Shown: positions 1 through 9,451 of the stretch, piece by piece
How the letters are laid out: each line of letters begins with the position of its first letter
Numbering within the stretch: position 1 is the first letter of the stretch
Assembly (NCBI GenBank): GCA_028286945.1
Contig: JAQBQR010000005.1
Span: 1-60,754, forward strand
Length of the DNA stretch: 60,754 nucleotides
Reading direction: 5' to 3'
Source of the DNA: Parcubacteria group bacterium
GTDB taxonomy: Bacteria; Patescibacteriota; Minisyncoccia; Phycocordibacterales; Phycocordibacteraceae
Program-made: the position numbers and the translations under genes
The notes under the pieces: generated by a model
The model's database searches: none
What the model was told of the DNA's origin: nothing
Seen by the model: the letters and a program-made list of their open reading frames with translations, nothing else

Positions 1-14
1 GGATAAGTACATTC

Positions 15-43
15 TTGACGTATTCAGCGGACCCAGGTACTTT
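15..43 (+). promoter_or_regulatory. sigma70 promoter for tuf-rpsJ
   Basis: TTGACG (15-20), 17-nt spacer, TACTTT (38-43). Confidence 0.6.
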
Positions 44-203
44 TATAAGTAACGTCAACGCTCTTTTAAATGTTTGCCCGGCCACAAGGACGGGAGGACG
101 GCTAAAAGGCGTTGCGCGGGTATTTCCGTCCAACGCCTTTTGCCATTAGGGGAAAGCGCTCGCGGGCACATTTATTCTTATATACAAGTAACTTACTAAA
201 CGT

Positions 204-1409
204 ATGGCAGCAGAAGCATTCGACCGCAGTAAGCCACATATGAACGTAGGTACCATCGGTCACGTTGACCATGGTAAGACTACGCTCACGGCTGCTATCC
301 TCAATGTTCTCAACCTCAACAAGGACAAGGGCTACAAGGCCCGCGCAGAGAACGTTGAAAACATCGACAACGCGCCTGAAGAAAAGGCTCGTGGTATTAC
401 AATTTCTCTTCACCACTCAGAGTACGAGAGTCCTAACCGACACTATGCTCACATTGATGCACCAGGCCACGCCGACTACATCAAAAACATGATCACCGGT
501 GCTGCCCAGATGGACGGCGCAGTGCTCGTGGTTGCTGCAACTGACGGCGCAATGCCTCAGACGCGTGAACACATCCTTCTTGCAAAGCAGGTTGGTGTGC
601 CAAAAATGATCGTCTTCCTCAACAAGGTTGATATGGTTGATGATCAGGACATGGTTGACCTCGTTGAAGAGGAAATCCGTGACCTCATGACGGCTCAGGG
701 ATTCGATGGGGCAACAACGCCTGTCATCAAGGGTTCTGGTCTCAAGGCGCTTCAGGCAACTGATGCAAATGACGAATACGCTCTCAAGGTTAAGGAGCTC
801 GTGGACACTATGGACACGTACTTCGAGCAGCCAGCTCGTGACCTCGACAAGCCATTCCTTATGCCTATCGAAGACATCTTCTCAATCGAAGGACGCGGTA
901 CCGTTATTACGGGACGTATCGAGCGCGGAATCATCAAAGTTGGTGAGGAAGTAGAGATCGTTGGTCTTCAACCTACAGCTAAGACAACCGTTACTGGTAT
1001 TGAAATGTTCAACAAGCAGCTTCAGGAAGGACAGGCAGGTGATAACGCAGGTATCCTCCTTCGTGGTACGAAGAAGGACGATGTACATCGCGGCCAGGTT
1101 CTTGCAAAGACCGGTTCTGTGACTCCACACACCGAGTTCGAAGCAGAGGTCTACATTCTTTCTAAGGAAGAAGGTGGCCGCCATACTCCATTCTTCTCAG
1201 GATACAAGCCTCAGTTCTACGTTCGTACTACGGACGTTACCGGTGAGGTGACTCTTCCAGAAGGAAAGGAAATGGTTATGCCAGGTGACACCGTAACCTT
1301 CAAGGTTAAGCTCACTGCGCCTATCGCTCTTGAGGACAATACTCGCTTCTCAGTTCGTGAAGGTGGTCGCACCGTGGGTGCCGGCGTTGTAACGAAGATC
1401 GTCGCCTAA
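204..1409 (+). CDS. tuf: Elongation factor Tu
   Basis: [26 protein letters not shown] motifs; C-terminal [10 protein letters not shown]. Confidence 0.99.
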   Translation: MAAEAFDRSKPHMNVGTIGHVDHGKTTLTAAILNVLNLNKDKGYKARAENVENIDNAPEEKARGITISLHHSEYESPNRHYAHIDAPGHADYIKNMITGAAQMDGAVLVVAATDGAMPQTREHILLAKQVGVPKMIVFLNKVDMVDDQDMVDLVEEEIRDLMTAQGFDGATTPVIKGSGLKALQATDANDEYALKVKELVDTMDTYFEQPARDLDKPFLMPIEDIFSIEGRGTVITGRIERGIIKVGEEVEIVGLQPTAKTTVTGIEMFNKQLQEGQAGDNAGILLRGTKKDDVHRGQVLAKTGSVTPHTEFEAEVYILSKEEGGRHTPFFSGYKPQFYVRTTDVTGEVTLPEGKEMVMPGDTVTFKVKLTAPIALEDNTRFSVREGGRTVGAGVVTKIVA

Positions 1410-1431
1410 TACCCGCGATTATATAACTCGT

Positions 1432-1806
1432 ATGGCTACCACTCCCACAAAAAAGGCGCCGTCTAAGTCTCCTGCAAAGAAGACGGCAGCGGAGGCTGCA
1501 GAGCCAAAGCTTCGCATTCGCGTGCGTGCCTACGAGCACAAGATCCTTGACCTTTCGGTCAAGCAGATCATGGATACGGCTAACCGCTTCGACGCGAAAA
1601 TCGTTGGACCGGTGCCGCTCCCAACTGAGATCAAGCGCTGGACCGTTAACCGCTCAACCTTCGTCCACAAGGACGCTCGTGAGCAGTTCGAAATGCGTAT
1701 TCATAAGCGTCTTATCGACATCCTTTCGCCAAACCCGAAAGTTATCGAAGCGCTTACGAATCTCAACCTTCCGTCTGGTGTTACCATCGATGTGAAGATG
1801 GTGTAA
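1432..1806 (+). CDS. rpsJ: 30S ribosomal protein S10 with K/A/P-rich N-terminal extension
   Basis: RIRVRAY, GPVPLPT, REQFEMRIHKRLID. Confidence 0.98.
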   Translation: MATTPTKKAPSKSPAKKTAAEAAEPKLRIRVRAYEHKILDLSVKQIMDTANRFDAKIVGPVPLPTEIKRWTVNRSTFVHKDAREQFEMRIHKRLIDILSPNPKVIEALTNLNLPSGVTIDVKMV

Positions 1807-1828
1807 GCGAACGTTCCAAAAGCACACT

Positions 1829-1864
1829 AAGCAAAACCGCCCAGTACTGGGCGGTTTTGCTTTT
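1829..1864 (+). terminator. Intrinsic terminator after rpsJ
   Basis: AAGCAAAACCGCCCAG-TA-CTGGGCGGTTTTGCTT followed by Ts. Confidence 0.85.
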
Positions 1865-1915
1865 ATATATTTCGTGTGACATGGTGCTTACAGAGCTGCA
1901 AAGGAGGGCTCACCA

Positions 1916-2401
1916 ATGACAGACTGGCTCGAACTAATAGATGTTCCCATGGATGCCGTTATCAACGGTTTCGAGGTACTGCTCGGCGGCTACCCGGAAC
2001 TGTGCGATACGTTGCGCAGCGAAGGAAAACTTGGGGGCTACGCGTGCGTCGCTCAGCAGGATGGTCTGCCGATATTGATCATGGCGCTGGGCGAACCGAA
2101 CGAGGCGAAATCGGCAACGCGACTCGAGTTTTGTCAGGAGAAGGTTCGTCGCCTTGCTGCGAACACCGCGCACTCGCTGAGTTTCGAGAGTCGAGATCCC
2201 GATAACAATAAATGGGGCGGCGCGGCGCGCGGTAAGCGCTACATCGTTTCGTTCTCGGGGATGCCCGAACGCCTCGACGAGTATTTTGCTCTCGCGGTCC
2301 TATACCATCTGCAGGACTTGTCGGAGCAAGAAATTCTTCGTCTGCTGCTGGCACACGACAATCCCTATCGCAGCGAGCTCCACCTCGAGAACTTCGGCTA
2401 A
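1916..2401 (+). CDS. Hypothetical protein, weak resemblance to GlcG/HbpS-like fold
   Basis: 161-aa ORF with strong SD GGGAGGG; pattern CVAQQDG...EKVRR...WGGA...SFSG; own terminator. Confidence 0.7.
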   Translation: MTDWLELIDVPMDAVINGFEVLLGGYPELCDTLRSEGKLGGYACVAQQDGLPILIMALGEPNEAKSATRLEFCQEKVRRLAANTAHSLSFESRDPDNNKWGGAARGKRYIVSFSGMPERLDEYFALAVLYHLQDLSEQEILRLLLAHDNPYRSELHLENFG

Positions 2402-2443
2402 GACAGCCATTTGGTCGGTAGACCTCACTGTTTTGCAGAATTT

Positions 2444-2473
2444 GTGCGCCCCGGCTTGCTGGGGCGCACTTTT
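2444..2473 (+). terminator. Intrinsic terminator
   Basis: GTGCGCCCCGG-CTTG-CTGGGGCGCAC-TTTT. Confidence 0.75.
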
Positions 2474-2509
2474 CATACATTCTTTAAACTCATTCTGTAT
2501 TATACAAAC

Positions 2510-2615
2510 AACCTCTTGGAGACAATCCTCCACCAACGAGGGCCATGGACCTACGTCCTGAGCCGGTAAGAGGTAGCAGACCGCCCCAAGATACTGATCG
2601 GGCGGTTTCTGCTTA
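2510..2615 (+). ncRNA. Candidate structured small RNA
   Basis: TATTAT at 2498-2503; ACCTCTT/AAGAGGT closing stem (2511-2517/2568-2574) with internal hairpins; terminator-like hairpin follows; no credible ORF. Confidence 0.3.
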
Positions 2616-2674
2616 TAGTTTTTGTATAAAAAACTGGCCCGGCGCGTGAAGCGCCAGGCCGAGTTGATGCGAGC

Positions 2675-3349
2675 TCAGCTCGCAAAGTGGTTGAGGAACG
2701 GGTCACCCGTGTCCCATGCCGCGATGCGAACGATCTGGCGAGAGAGACCGCGTCCGCGCACGACGGCGAGGAACGGGTCTTCCTCCAGACGTTCGATCTG
2801 CACACGCGCGTTCGGCACAAGTTTCGCCTGCGCGGCTTTCTCGCGCACCTGCATGGGAACGTAATTAGCCCCCGCGAACGTATCGAAGTCGGCCAGTTCC
2901 CAGTGCGCATTGATTGCGGTGTGCAGCTTCGCGCTGAATGTGGCCATCATCACCAGCATAATGACGATCGACACGAACGGCGTGAAGCAAATCGCACCAG
3001 CGAGCACGAAGTTCCCGCCGAGGAAGGTTCCCCCCATAATTGCGCTGAGCAATATGCACACAAACATGATCCGATCCGCCGTCCTTTCCGAGACCTTCTC
3101 CGCGGCCATGTTGAGGAAGATCTCGAGACTGGTCACGTGGAGCGCCAGCGTAAGCAAGCGAAGCACCGGCGCCCAGTACTTCAGCGCGCCAGGCCGACGT
3201 GCGGCGATCACCGCGCTCTTGTGCTGTTCGACCCGTCCGTCCGGGATAACCCGAAACCCCATTTGTTCGAGGTCCCGCGCGAGCGATGCTCGCGCGGGCT
3301 TTCGCGCACCCGCTGCAGCGGGCAACGCTGCGGAAGCATTGGTAGTCAT
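2675..3349 (-). CDS. Hypothetical membrane protein
   Basis: 224-aa ORF with central hydrophobic segments; SD GGAGGA; promoter TTGACT-16-TATAGT at 3430-3403; hairpin plus A-run terminator at about 2627-2662. Confidence 0.75.
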   Translation of the reverse strand: MTTNASAALPAAAGARKPARASLARDLEQMGFRVIPDGRVEQHKSAVIAARRPGALKYWAPVLRLLTLALHVTSLEIFLNMAAEKVSERTADRIMFVCILLSAIMGGTFLGGNFVLAGAICFTPFVSIVIMLVMMATFSAKLHTAINAHWELADFDTFAGANYVPMQVREKAAQAKLVPNARVQIERLEEDPFLAVVRGRGLSRQIVRIAAWDTGDPFLNHFAS

Positions 3350-3435
3350 GGACTATTCCTCCGATGACATGTGGCAACATCGCCCCATGGACACCCGGGT
3401 TGACTATAGTATTGATGGCGGATTAGTCAACGAAT

Positions 3436-3464
3436 TTGCATTTTCTGGTAGCGTTCTGTATAGT
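3436..3464 (+). promoter_or_regulatory. sigma70 promoter for rplC-rplD-rplW-rplB
   Basis: TTGCAT (3436-3441), 17 nt, TATAGT (3459-3464). Confidence 0.65.
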
Positions 3465-3563
3465 GCTTGAAACGCTACGAACGTTGCCCTTGAACGGTCC
3501 TATGGCCCGAAACACCCGAAAGGGTGCTCCGCGCTATAGATGCGCGTTTTCTTTTTGTAAAAC

Positions 3564-4196
3564 ATGAAATTCCTTCTTGCTACCAAGTCTCACATGACTC
3601 AGATCTTCGATGATCAGGGCCGTGTTTGGGCTGGAACGGTACTCAAGACCTCTCCTATCACCGTTACGCAGGTTAAGACCGCGGAAGGTAAGGATGGATA
3701 TAACGCTGTTCAGGTTGGATACGGTACTCAGAAGCCTGAGCGCGTATCTAAGCCAGTTCTTGGTCACCTTAAGGCGGCTGGAGACAAGGTATTTAGGACT
3801 ATTCGCGAGTTCCACACCGATACTCCTACTGACTTCGAAGTTGGAAAGGAGATCGGTCTCGACACATTCGCCGTTGGCGACGGTGTTGAAGTAGCAGGCA
3901 CATCAAAGGGACACGGTTTCGCTGGTGTGGTTAAGCGCCATGGTTTCCATGGAGGACGCCGTTCACATGGTCAGAAGCACTCTGAGCGCGAGCCAGGTTC
4001 CATTGGTGGAGGTGGCCGTGCCGGAGGTCGTGTGGCTAAAGGCATGAAGATGGGTGGTCGAATGGGAAATGACCGCGTTACGGTGAAGAACCTAAAGGTT
4101 CTTCACATCGACGCTGACAAGGGAGAAATCATCATCTCAGGTGCAATTCCTGGTGCACGCGGCACGTTGGTAGAAATCATGTCAACAACCGCATAA
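3564..4196 (+). CDS. rplC: 50S ribosomal protein L3
   Basis: KDGYNAVQVG, SKGHGFAGVVKRHGF, PGSIG. Confidence 0.98.
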   Translation: MKFLLATKSHMTQIFDDQGRVWAGTVLKTSPITVTQVKTAEGKDGYNAVQVGYGTQKPERVSKPVLGHLKAAGDKVFRTIREFHTDTPTDFEVGKEIGLDTFAVGDGVEVAGTSKGHGFAGVVKRHGFHGGRRSHGQKHSEREPGSIGGGGRAGGRVAKGMKMGGRMGNDRVTVKNLKVLHIDADKGEIIISGAIPGARGTLVEIMSTTA

Positions 4197-4207
4197 TTTT
4201 AGTACGT

Positions 4208-5029
4208 ATGGCTACTTCACCCGAAAAGAAAACAACAGCTCCAAAGGCACCAGCAAAAGCGGTGGCTAAGAAAGCTGCTGCACCTAAAGCTGCTCCAAAG
4301 GCCGCTGCGTCAGCTCCTGCAGTTTCAGTAGAAAAGGCACCAGTAGCTAAGAAGGTAATCAACCTTGAGGCAAAGATTTACACGATGGCTGGAAAGGAGA
4401 ATGGCACCATTGCTCTTCCTGAAGATATCTTCGGAGCTAAGTGGAATGCTGACCTCGTTCACCAGGTTGTTGTGGGTATGCAGGCAAACGCTCGTCAGAG
4501 CATCGCGCACACCAAGTTCCGCAGCGAAGTATCAGGAGGTGGAAAGAAGCCATGGAAGCAAAAAGGAACAGGACGCGCTCGTCATGGTTCTAACCGTTCT
4601 CCAATCTGGAAGGGTGGAGGTGTGACCCACGGTCCTCGCGCTGAGAAAGATTACTCAGTGAAGATCAACCGCAAGATGCGTCTTGCCGCTCTCCGCGTTG
4701 TACTCTCACGCAAGTGGAAGGATAACGAAATCATCTTCGTCGACACGATGAATTTTGCTGAGCCAAAGACTAAGGATGCAAAGCTCGCACTCGTAGCTAT
4801 CGCAAAGGGAACAGGAATGAACACGCTTGCAACAAAGCGTAAGAACGCAGCTATCATCGCTTTCTCAACAAAGGATTCAGTAGCTGAGAAGTCACTCCGC
4901 AACATCGGTAGCATCATGACCGAAGAGATGCGTAACCTTAACCCCGTTGATCTTCTTAACAAGAAGTACCTCGTGGTTGCTAACCCCGCTGAAGCACTTC
5001 AGGTTCTCTCTAACCGCTTTGGCGCATAA
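4208..5029 (+). CDS. rplD: 50S ribosomal protein L4 with about 50-aa K/A/P-rich N-terminal extension
   Basis: KPWKQKGTGRARHGS, SPIWKGGG. Confidence 0.98.
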   Translation: MATSPEKKTTAPKAPAKAVAKKAAAPKAAPKAAASAPAVSVEKAPVAKKVINLEAKIYTMAGKENGTIALPEDIFGAKWNADLVHQVVVGMQANARQSIAHTKFRSEVSGGGKKPWKQKGTGRARHGSNRSPIWKGGGVTHGPRAEKDYSVKINRKMRLAALRVVLSRKWKDNEIIFVDTMNFAEPKTKDAKLALVAIAKGTGMNTLATKRKNAAIIAFSTKDSVAEKSLRNIGSIMTEEMRNLNPVDLLNKKYLVVANPAEALQVLSNRFGA

Positions 5030-5040
5030 CCCTCAAACGT

Positions 5041-5424
5041 ATGGCACTTTTCTCAACCGACACGAAGAAGACACCAAAGACGAAGAAGGCACATGTGGCC
5101 GGAGCTAATCCCGCACGCACAAAGGCACTTGCTCGTGAAGACGGACGCCTTTCAATGGTTCTTAAGGCACCTCACTTCTCAGAGAAGGCACTCATTGCAA
5201 CTGAAAAGGGCGTATACGTCTTCAAGGTTCCTGCTGATGCTAACAAGCACGAAGTAGCTGCTGCTATCGAGAAGTTCTACAACGTTGTTCCTGCAAAGGT
5301 TCGCATGGTGAACCTCCCTGCAAAGTCGAAGGCGCTTCGTACTCGTCGCGGAGTAGGAACGGCAGCACGTCGCCACAAAGCGTACGTCTACCTTGCAAAG
5401 GGTGACACCCTCAACCTCGTATAG
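5041..5424 (+). CDS. rplW: 50S ribosomal protein L23
   Basis: SEKA...YVFKV...ANKHEV...KAYVYL; operon position. Confidence 0.95.
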   Translation: MALFSTDTKKTPKTKKAHVAGANPARTKALAREDGRLSMVLKAPHFSEKALIATEKGVYVFKVPADANKHEVAAAIEKFYNVVPAKVRMVNLPAKSKALRTRRGVGTAARRHKAYVYLAKGDTLNLV

Positions 5425-5441
5425 TGCTAAGTATTTAGATT

Positions 5442-6284
5442 ATGAAAACCTACAAGCCAACCAGTCCAAGCCGTCGCAACATGACAACGCTGCCCTACAA
5501 GCAGCTCCTGTCAGGCGATAAGCCACACAAAGCCCTTATCAAGGGACGCAAAGACAACGCTGGACGCGGAAACAATGGCCGCATCTCAGTACGTCACCAG
5601 GGAGGAGGTCACAAGCGTCGCTTCCGCGATATCGATTTCACGTACAACAAGCATGATATTCCTGCTCGTGTTGAAACGATTGAATACGATCCGTATCGTT
5701 CTGGCTTCATCTCACTCGTAGTATTCGCCGATGGAGAGCGCCGTTACGTTCTTGCTCCTAAGAACACGAAAGTGGGTGACATATTCATCGTTGGTGAGAA
5801 CGCACCTATCAAGCCAGGAAACCGCATGCCGCTCGGCAAAGTTCCTTCAGGAACATTTGTGTACAACATTGAGCTTAAGCTCAATGCAGGCGCACGTCTC
5901 GTACGCTCAGCTGGTAACTACGCTGAAGTCATCGCACATGACGCAGGCTACGCACAGGTGAAGCTTCCTTCAAGCGAAGTTCGCCGTGTGTCAGACCTCT
6001 GCTACGCAACGGTTGGTAGCGTAAGCAACGAAGAGTCACGTCTCGTTAAGTACGGAAAGGCTGGACGCTCACGCTGGAAAGGTATTCGTCCTACGGTTCG
6101 TGGTAACGCCATGAACCCTGTCGACCACCCACACGGAGGTGGTGAAGGTAAGCAGGGACGCGGACTCCGACGTGCAAAGAGCATGTGGGGACGCCCAACC
6201 GGAAAGGGTCAGAAGACTCGTACTCCAAAGAAGTACTCAAACGTCTTCATTGTTTCTCGCCGAAAGGTTGGAAAGAAGCGTTAA
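5442..6284 (+). CDS. rplB: 50S ribosomal protein L2
   Basis: RHQGGGHKR, IEYDPYR, MNPVDHPHGGGEGK. Confidence 0.99.
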   Translation: MKTYKPTSPSRRNMTTLPYKQLLSGDKPHKALIKGRKDNAGRGNNGRISVRHQGGGHKRRFRDIDFTYNKHDIPARVETIEYDPYRSGFISLVVFADGERRYVLAPKNTKVGDIFIVGENAPIKPGNRMPLGKVPSGTFVYNIELKLNAGARLVRSAGNYAEVIAHDAGYAQVKLPSSEVRRVSDLCYATVGSVSNEESRLVKYGKAGRSRWKGIRPTVRGNAMNPVDHPHGGGEGKQGRGLRRAKSMWGRPTGKGQKTRTPKKYSNVFIVSRRKVGKKR

Positions 6285-6287
6285 GAG

Positions 6288-6322
6288 AAAGCAAAAGCCC
6301 CGCGGAGCGGGGCTTTTGCTTT
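6288..6322 (+). terminator. Intrinsic terminator after rplB
   Basis: AAAGCAAAAGCCCCG...CGGGGCTTTTGCTTT. Confidence 0.85.
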
Positions 6323-6360
6323 GTCCTGAGCCGCACAATGACAGATGATAGAATTTACTC

Positions 6361-7107
6361 ATGACCTACCGATACAGTCCAGTCCAGCGCACAGCAAAAG
6401 CTGTATATAGGACCTTCTTTCCGGTGCCTCGATCTCCGTGGACGGCAGGACCCGTTGAAGATATTTGTGCGGTGAACCTTGTGCCACCCGAAACACTGGT
6501 TACTTTCTTTACGAATTGTGTAGAAAAGCTGCGAGCTCTTAAGGGGGAAGACATTGGAGATTATTTGGAGTTCGGTATCTTCAACGGCAATTCTATTGGC
6601 AGCATGTATCTTGCTCGACAAACGACTAGCGCTAAATCAATGCGTCTCTTCGGCTTCGATTCTTTCGAAGGACTCCCTGCAGGAGCAGAGAATGAGGATG
6701 ATGGAGTTTGGAAAAAAGGTTTTTATACCTGCTCGTTTGAACAGATGAAAATGTGTCTCAAAGGAAGGGATGTAAATCCTGATGAGATTACTTGGATAAA
6801 TGGATGGTATGACCAGTCGCTTACGGCAGAAATGGCTAATGAGCACGGACTCGGTAATTTCGGCATTGTATTTATTGATTGCGATACGTACAGTTCTTCA
6901 AAAACTGTTCTCGATTTTCTTGCGTCTCGCATCAAGGCCCCCGTTATCGTATGTTTCGATGATTGGAAATTAAATGATCTCGATATTAAGGGAATGGGTG
7001 AGTACAAATCATTTAATGAATTCCTGGAGAGTAATACTCATCTAGTAGCAACTCCAATGCCGTCATACAACCGAAAGTCGAGAACATTTCTTATTCAACC
7101 GAAGTAA
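6361..7107 (+). CDS. TylF/MycF/NovP-family class I SAM-dependent O-methyltransferase
   Basis: GDYLEFG, FGFDSFEGLP, GWY, FIDCD, FDDW motifs. Confidence 0.85.
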   Translation: MTYRYSPVQRTAKAVYRTFFPVPRSPWTAGPVEDICAVNLVPPETLVTFFTNCVEKLRALKGEDIGDYLEFGIFNGNSIGSMYLARQTTSAKSMRLFGFDSFEGLPAGAENEDDGVWKKGFYTCSFEQMKMCLKGRDVNPDEITWINGWYDQSLTAEMANEHGLGNFGIVFIDCDTYSSSKTVLDFLASRIKAPVIVCFDDWKLNDLDIKGMGEYKSFNEFLESNTHLVATPMPSYNRKSRTFLIQPK

Positions 7108-7118
7108 CAGTAATCCAT

Positions 7119-7529
7119 ATGAATCTTCAAGTAGGAGTTAAGGTTTTCTTAAGAAATGAGGAGAATAAAATATTGTTACTCAAGCGTTCACTTGAAAAAT
7201 ATGGGAAGACACAAGGTAGCTGGGATATCGTCGGTGGGCGTATTGATCCGGGGTCACCGCTAATGGAAAACCTTCAACGAGAAGTGAGAGAGGAAACGGG
7301 ACTTGAGATTACTTCCATTCCCATACTTATTGCGGCGCAGGATATTATCCCAAATGCCGAACGTCACGTAGTGCGTCTAACATACACTGCACATACTCAA
7401 GGCGAACCCGCACTCGATCTCTCTGAGAATACGGAATATAAATGGGTGACTCTTAAGGAGCTACAAGAAGAAACAGACCTCGATGTTTACGCTAAAGGCG
7501 TCGCAGATCAAGGACTATTTTCTTTATAA
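7119..7529 (+). CDS. NUDIX hydrolase
   Basis: Nudix box GGRIDPGS...LQREVREETGL. Confidence 0.9.
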   Translation: MNLQVGVKVFLRNEENKILLLKRSLEKYGKTQGSWDIVGGRIDPGSPLMENLQREVREETGLEITSIPILIAAQDIIPNAERHVVRLTYTAHTQGEPALDLSENTEYKWVTLKELQEETDLDVYAKGVADQGLFSL

Positions 7530-7550
7530 GAAAATATGATAGAGTGCCGG

Positions 7551-7770
7551 TGTTGTGGCAGGTGGGAACTTGGAACACCTCGTTTGTGACTATAGACCGG
7601 CACGACCCATCCCCCATGGGATGTTGATATGGGTTTACGTGCTTGAGGGAGTGCGATTCGCTCCTGTGCGTCCGATAATCCGAACTGGCCTCGCGGAGGC
7701 TTCAGGGCTCTGGATCAATAGGGTCAGCTACAACAGGCCGTCTGCGTTTCGTGCGCAGGCGGCCTTCTCT
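7551..7770 (+). ncRNA. Candidate structured ncRNA (about 185 nt plus terminator)
   Basis: Extended -10 TGaTAGAGT (7537-7545); 5' TGTTGTGGC pairs with 3' GCTACAACA (7727-7735); internal hairpins; terminator 7735-7772. Confidence 0.4.
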
Positions 7771-7776
7771 TTATAA

Positions 7777-8607
7777 TTAGCGATACTCAGCCTTAAGCGA
7801 ATCAGCGAGCTGCGCGAGCGGAATAGGATCTTCAACGGTGCCAAGTGCATACGGACCTACCTGATATGGCGGGAAGACAATGACCAGATTCTTTCCACTG
7901 ATGTAGAACGTGCTGAAATTATCTTTTGTTGGGGCGGTACCCATCTTGATTGAATCGGTGTCAGTAAACGTTCCACCGCTCATTTTGCCAATAATTCCTG
8001 GCAAGTCAGTACGAGCGCGGTTGCTCACGCGTTCAAGGTAGGGAATTGAAGGAAGGAAGATATCTCCGAGTGAAAGCTGCGCACCGGTCTTTGTGTCAAA
8101 GGTGAAGGTTTGGAAGAAGCCATTCGGATGTGCACCAAGGGTGTCTTCGTAAATAAGGAAGGAGTACGAAACCGTACGTGCTCCAATATATGTCTTATAT
8201 TCAGATGAAAGAGCCTCTTTTCGCTGGTCCAGACCCATCATCTGCACGTCATTGGGCGTGAGGGTCGCAAAACCGCCGTCTTTCTTAAACTGGTCCACTA
8301 CCTGCTGCATGGCAGCTTTCATCGTGGCCACTGCCTGAGCATTTGCCGCAGCACTTACGGCTACCAACGGCGTGGCAGAGGGATATTCCATATCCACGTC
8401 GTAATACGCGGCGTGTTCGGTTATGTGGAGGGCTGGAGCGGGCACAGAAGCAGTGGTGGTAGCTGTTACTGGGGTGCTGGACGCTGTTTCACCGCCTGGA
8501 GCAAGGGCTTTGTGGCTTCCGAACACGTACCAGGCCAATAAAACCCCAAAAGCGCCAATAAGTACCCCGATCGCTATTACCGCCCAATGCTTATGTTTTA
8601 GGTCCAT
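7777..8607 (-). CDS. Membrane-anchored DUF3298/RsiV-like protein
   Basis: N-terminal TM; GAHPN, TFTFD..TG..LSL.DIF, FPPYQVGPYALG motifs. Confidence 0.8.
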   Translation of the reverse strand: MDLKHKHWAVIAIGVLIGAFGVLLAWYVFGSHKALAPGGETASSTPVTATTTASVPAPALHITEHAAYYDVDMEYPSATPLVAVSAAANAQAVATMKAAMQQVVDQFKKDGGFATLTPNDVQMMGLDQRKEALSSEYKTYIGARTVSYSFLIYEDTLGAHPNGFFQTFTFDTKTGAQLSLGDIFLPSIPYLERVSNRARTDLPGIIGKMSGGTFTDTDSIKMGTAPTKDNFSTFYISGKNLVIVFPPYQVGPYALGTVEDPIPLAQLADSLKAEYR

Positions 8608-8662
8608 ATCCTCCTATGATACACCCGCGCCGAAGTTCCTCAGCGCAAAAGCCTGTGTAAGT

Positions 8663-8691
8663 TTGACAGTGTGAGTAGTTTCCTATAGATT
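8663..8691 (+). promoter_or_regulatory. sigma70 promoter for rpsS-rplE block
   Basis: TTGACA (8663-8668), 17 nt, TAGATT (8686-8691). Confidence 0.75.
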
Positions 8692-8730
8692 ATAGCTATC
8701 TCGCGCCTAGCGCGGGCTTTTAATTACGAC

Positions 8731-9078
8731 ATGTCTCGATCACTCAAAAAGGGCCCCTACGTGGACCAGAAGCTCCTCAAAAAGCTTACTGACAAGAAGC
8801 CGGCAACTGCCGGGGTGATTAAGACGTGGGCGCGCGCAAGCCAGATTGCTCCTGAATTCCTAGGTTTCACCTTTGGCGTTCATAACGGAAAGCAGCACGT
8901 GGATGTTCTCGTTACTGAGGACATGGTTGGACATCGCCTCGGCGAGTTCTCACCAACGAAGAAATTCGTTCGTCACGGAGGAAAGATGCAGAAGGAACTT
9001 GAGCAGAAGCGCAAGGATTCTGAGATCGCTGCTGCAAAAGCTGCTAAGGCCGCACCTGCTGCACCAAAGAAGAAATAG
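8731..9078 (+). CDS. rpsS: 30S ribosomal protein S19
   Basis: [26 protein letters not shown]-rich C-tail. Confidence 0.98.
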   Translation: MSRSLKKGPYVDQKLLKKLTDKKPATAGVIKTWARASQIAPEFLGFTFGVHNGKQHVDVLVTEDMVGHRLGEFSPTKKFVRHGGKMQKELEQKRKDSEIAAAKAAKAAPAAPKKK

Positions 9079-9098
9079 TTAGATTTACGTAAAACATC

Positions 9099-9437
9099 AT
9101 GCAAGCTCACCTTACCAGCCATAACCAGCCACCCCGCAAAGTCCGCCTCGTTACAGAGATGGTTAAGGGTAAGTCGGTTGCTCAGGCTCTTAAGGAACTT
9201 TCATTCCTCCCAAAGCGTGCAGCAGCTCCTATCTACAAGCTCATTGCCTCAGCAGCAGCTAACGCAACGGTTAAGGGTTCTAAGATGGAAGATCTTAAGG
9301 TTGAGAACATTACCGTGGACTCAGCAGGTATGACGGTTAAGTTTATGCCTCGCGCTATGGGTCGCGCTGCTCCCGTACGCCGCCGCAAGAGTCAGGTTTC
9401 AGTATTCCTAAGCGACACCACCGCAACTAACGCGTAA
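9099..9437 (+). CDS. rplV: 50S ribosomal protein L22
   Basis: PRKVRLV, SAAANA, PRAMGRA. Confidence 0.97.
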   Translation: MQAHLTSHNQPPRKVRLVTEMVKGKSVAQALKELSFLPKRAAAPIYKLIASAAANATVKGSKMEDLKVENITVDSAGMTVKFMPRAMGRAAPVRRRKSQVSVFLSDTTATNA

Positions 9438-9451
9438 GCGAATTTTTTACC

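Noticed and set aside
2510..2575. Glycine riboswitch (AACCTCT-GGAGA...CACC...GGTAA resemblance)
   Set aside because: Core GAAGG and CTCTCAGG elements are missing and there is no downstream gene on that strand.
2687..3470. 226-aa and 186-aa + strand ORFs
   Set aside because: Shadows of the - strand gene 2675-3349, which has the SD, promoter and terminator.
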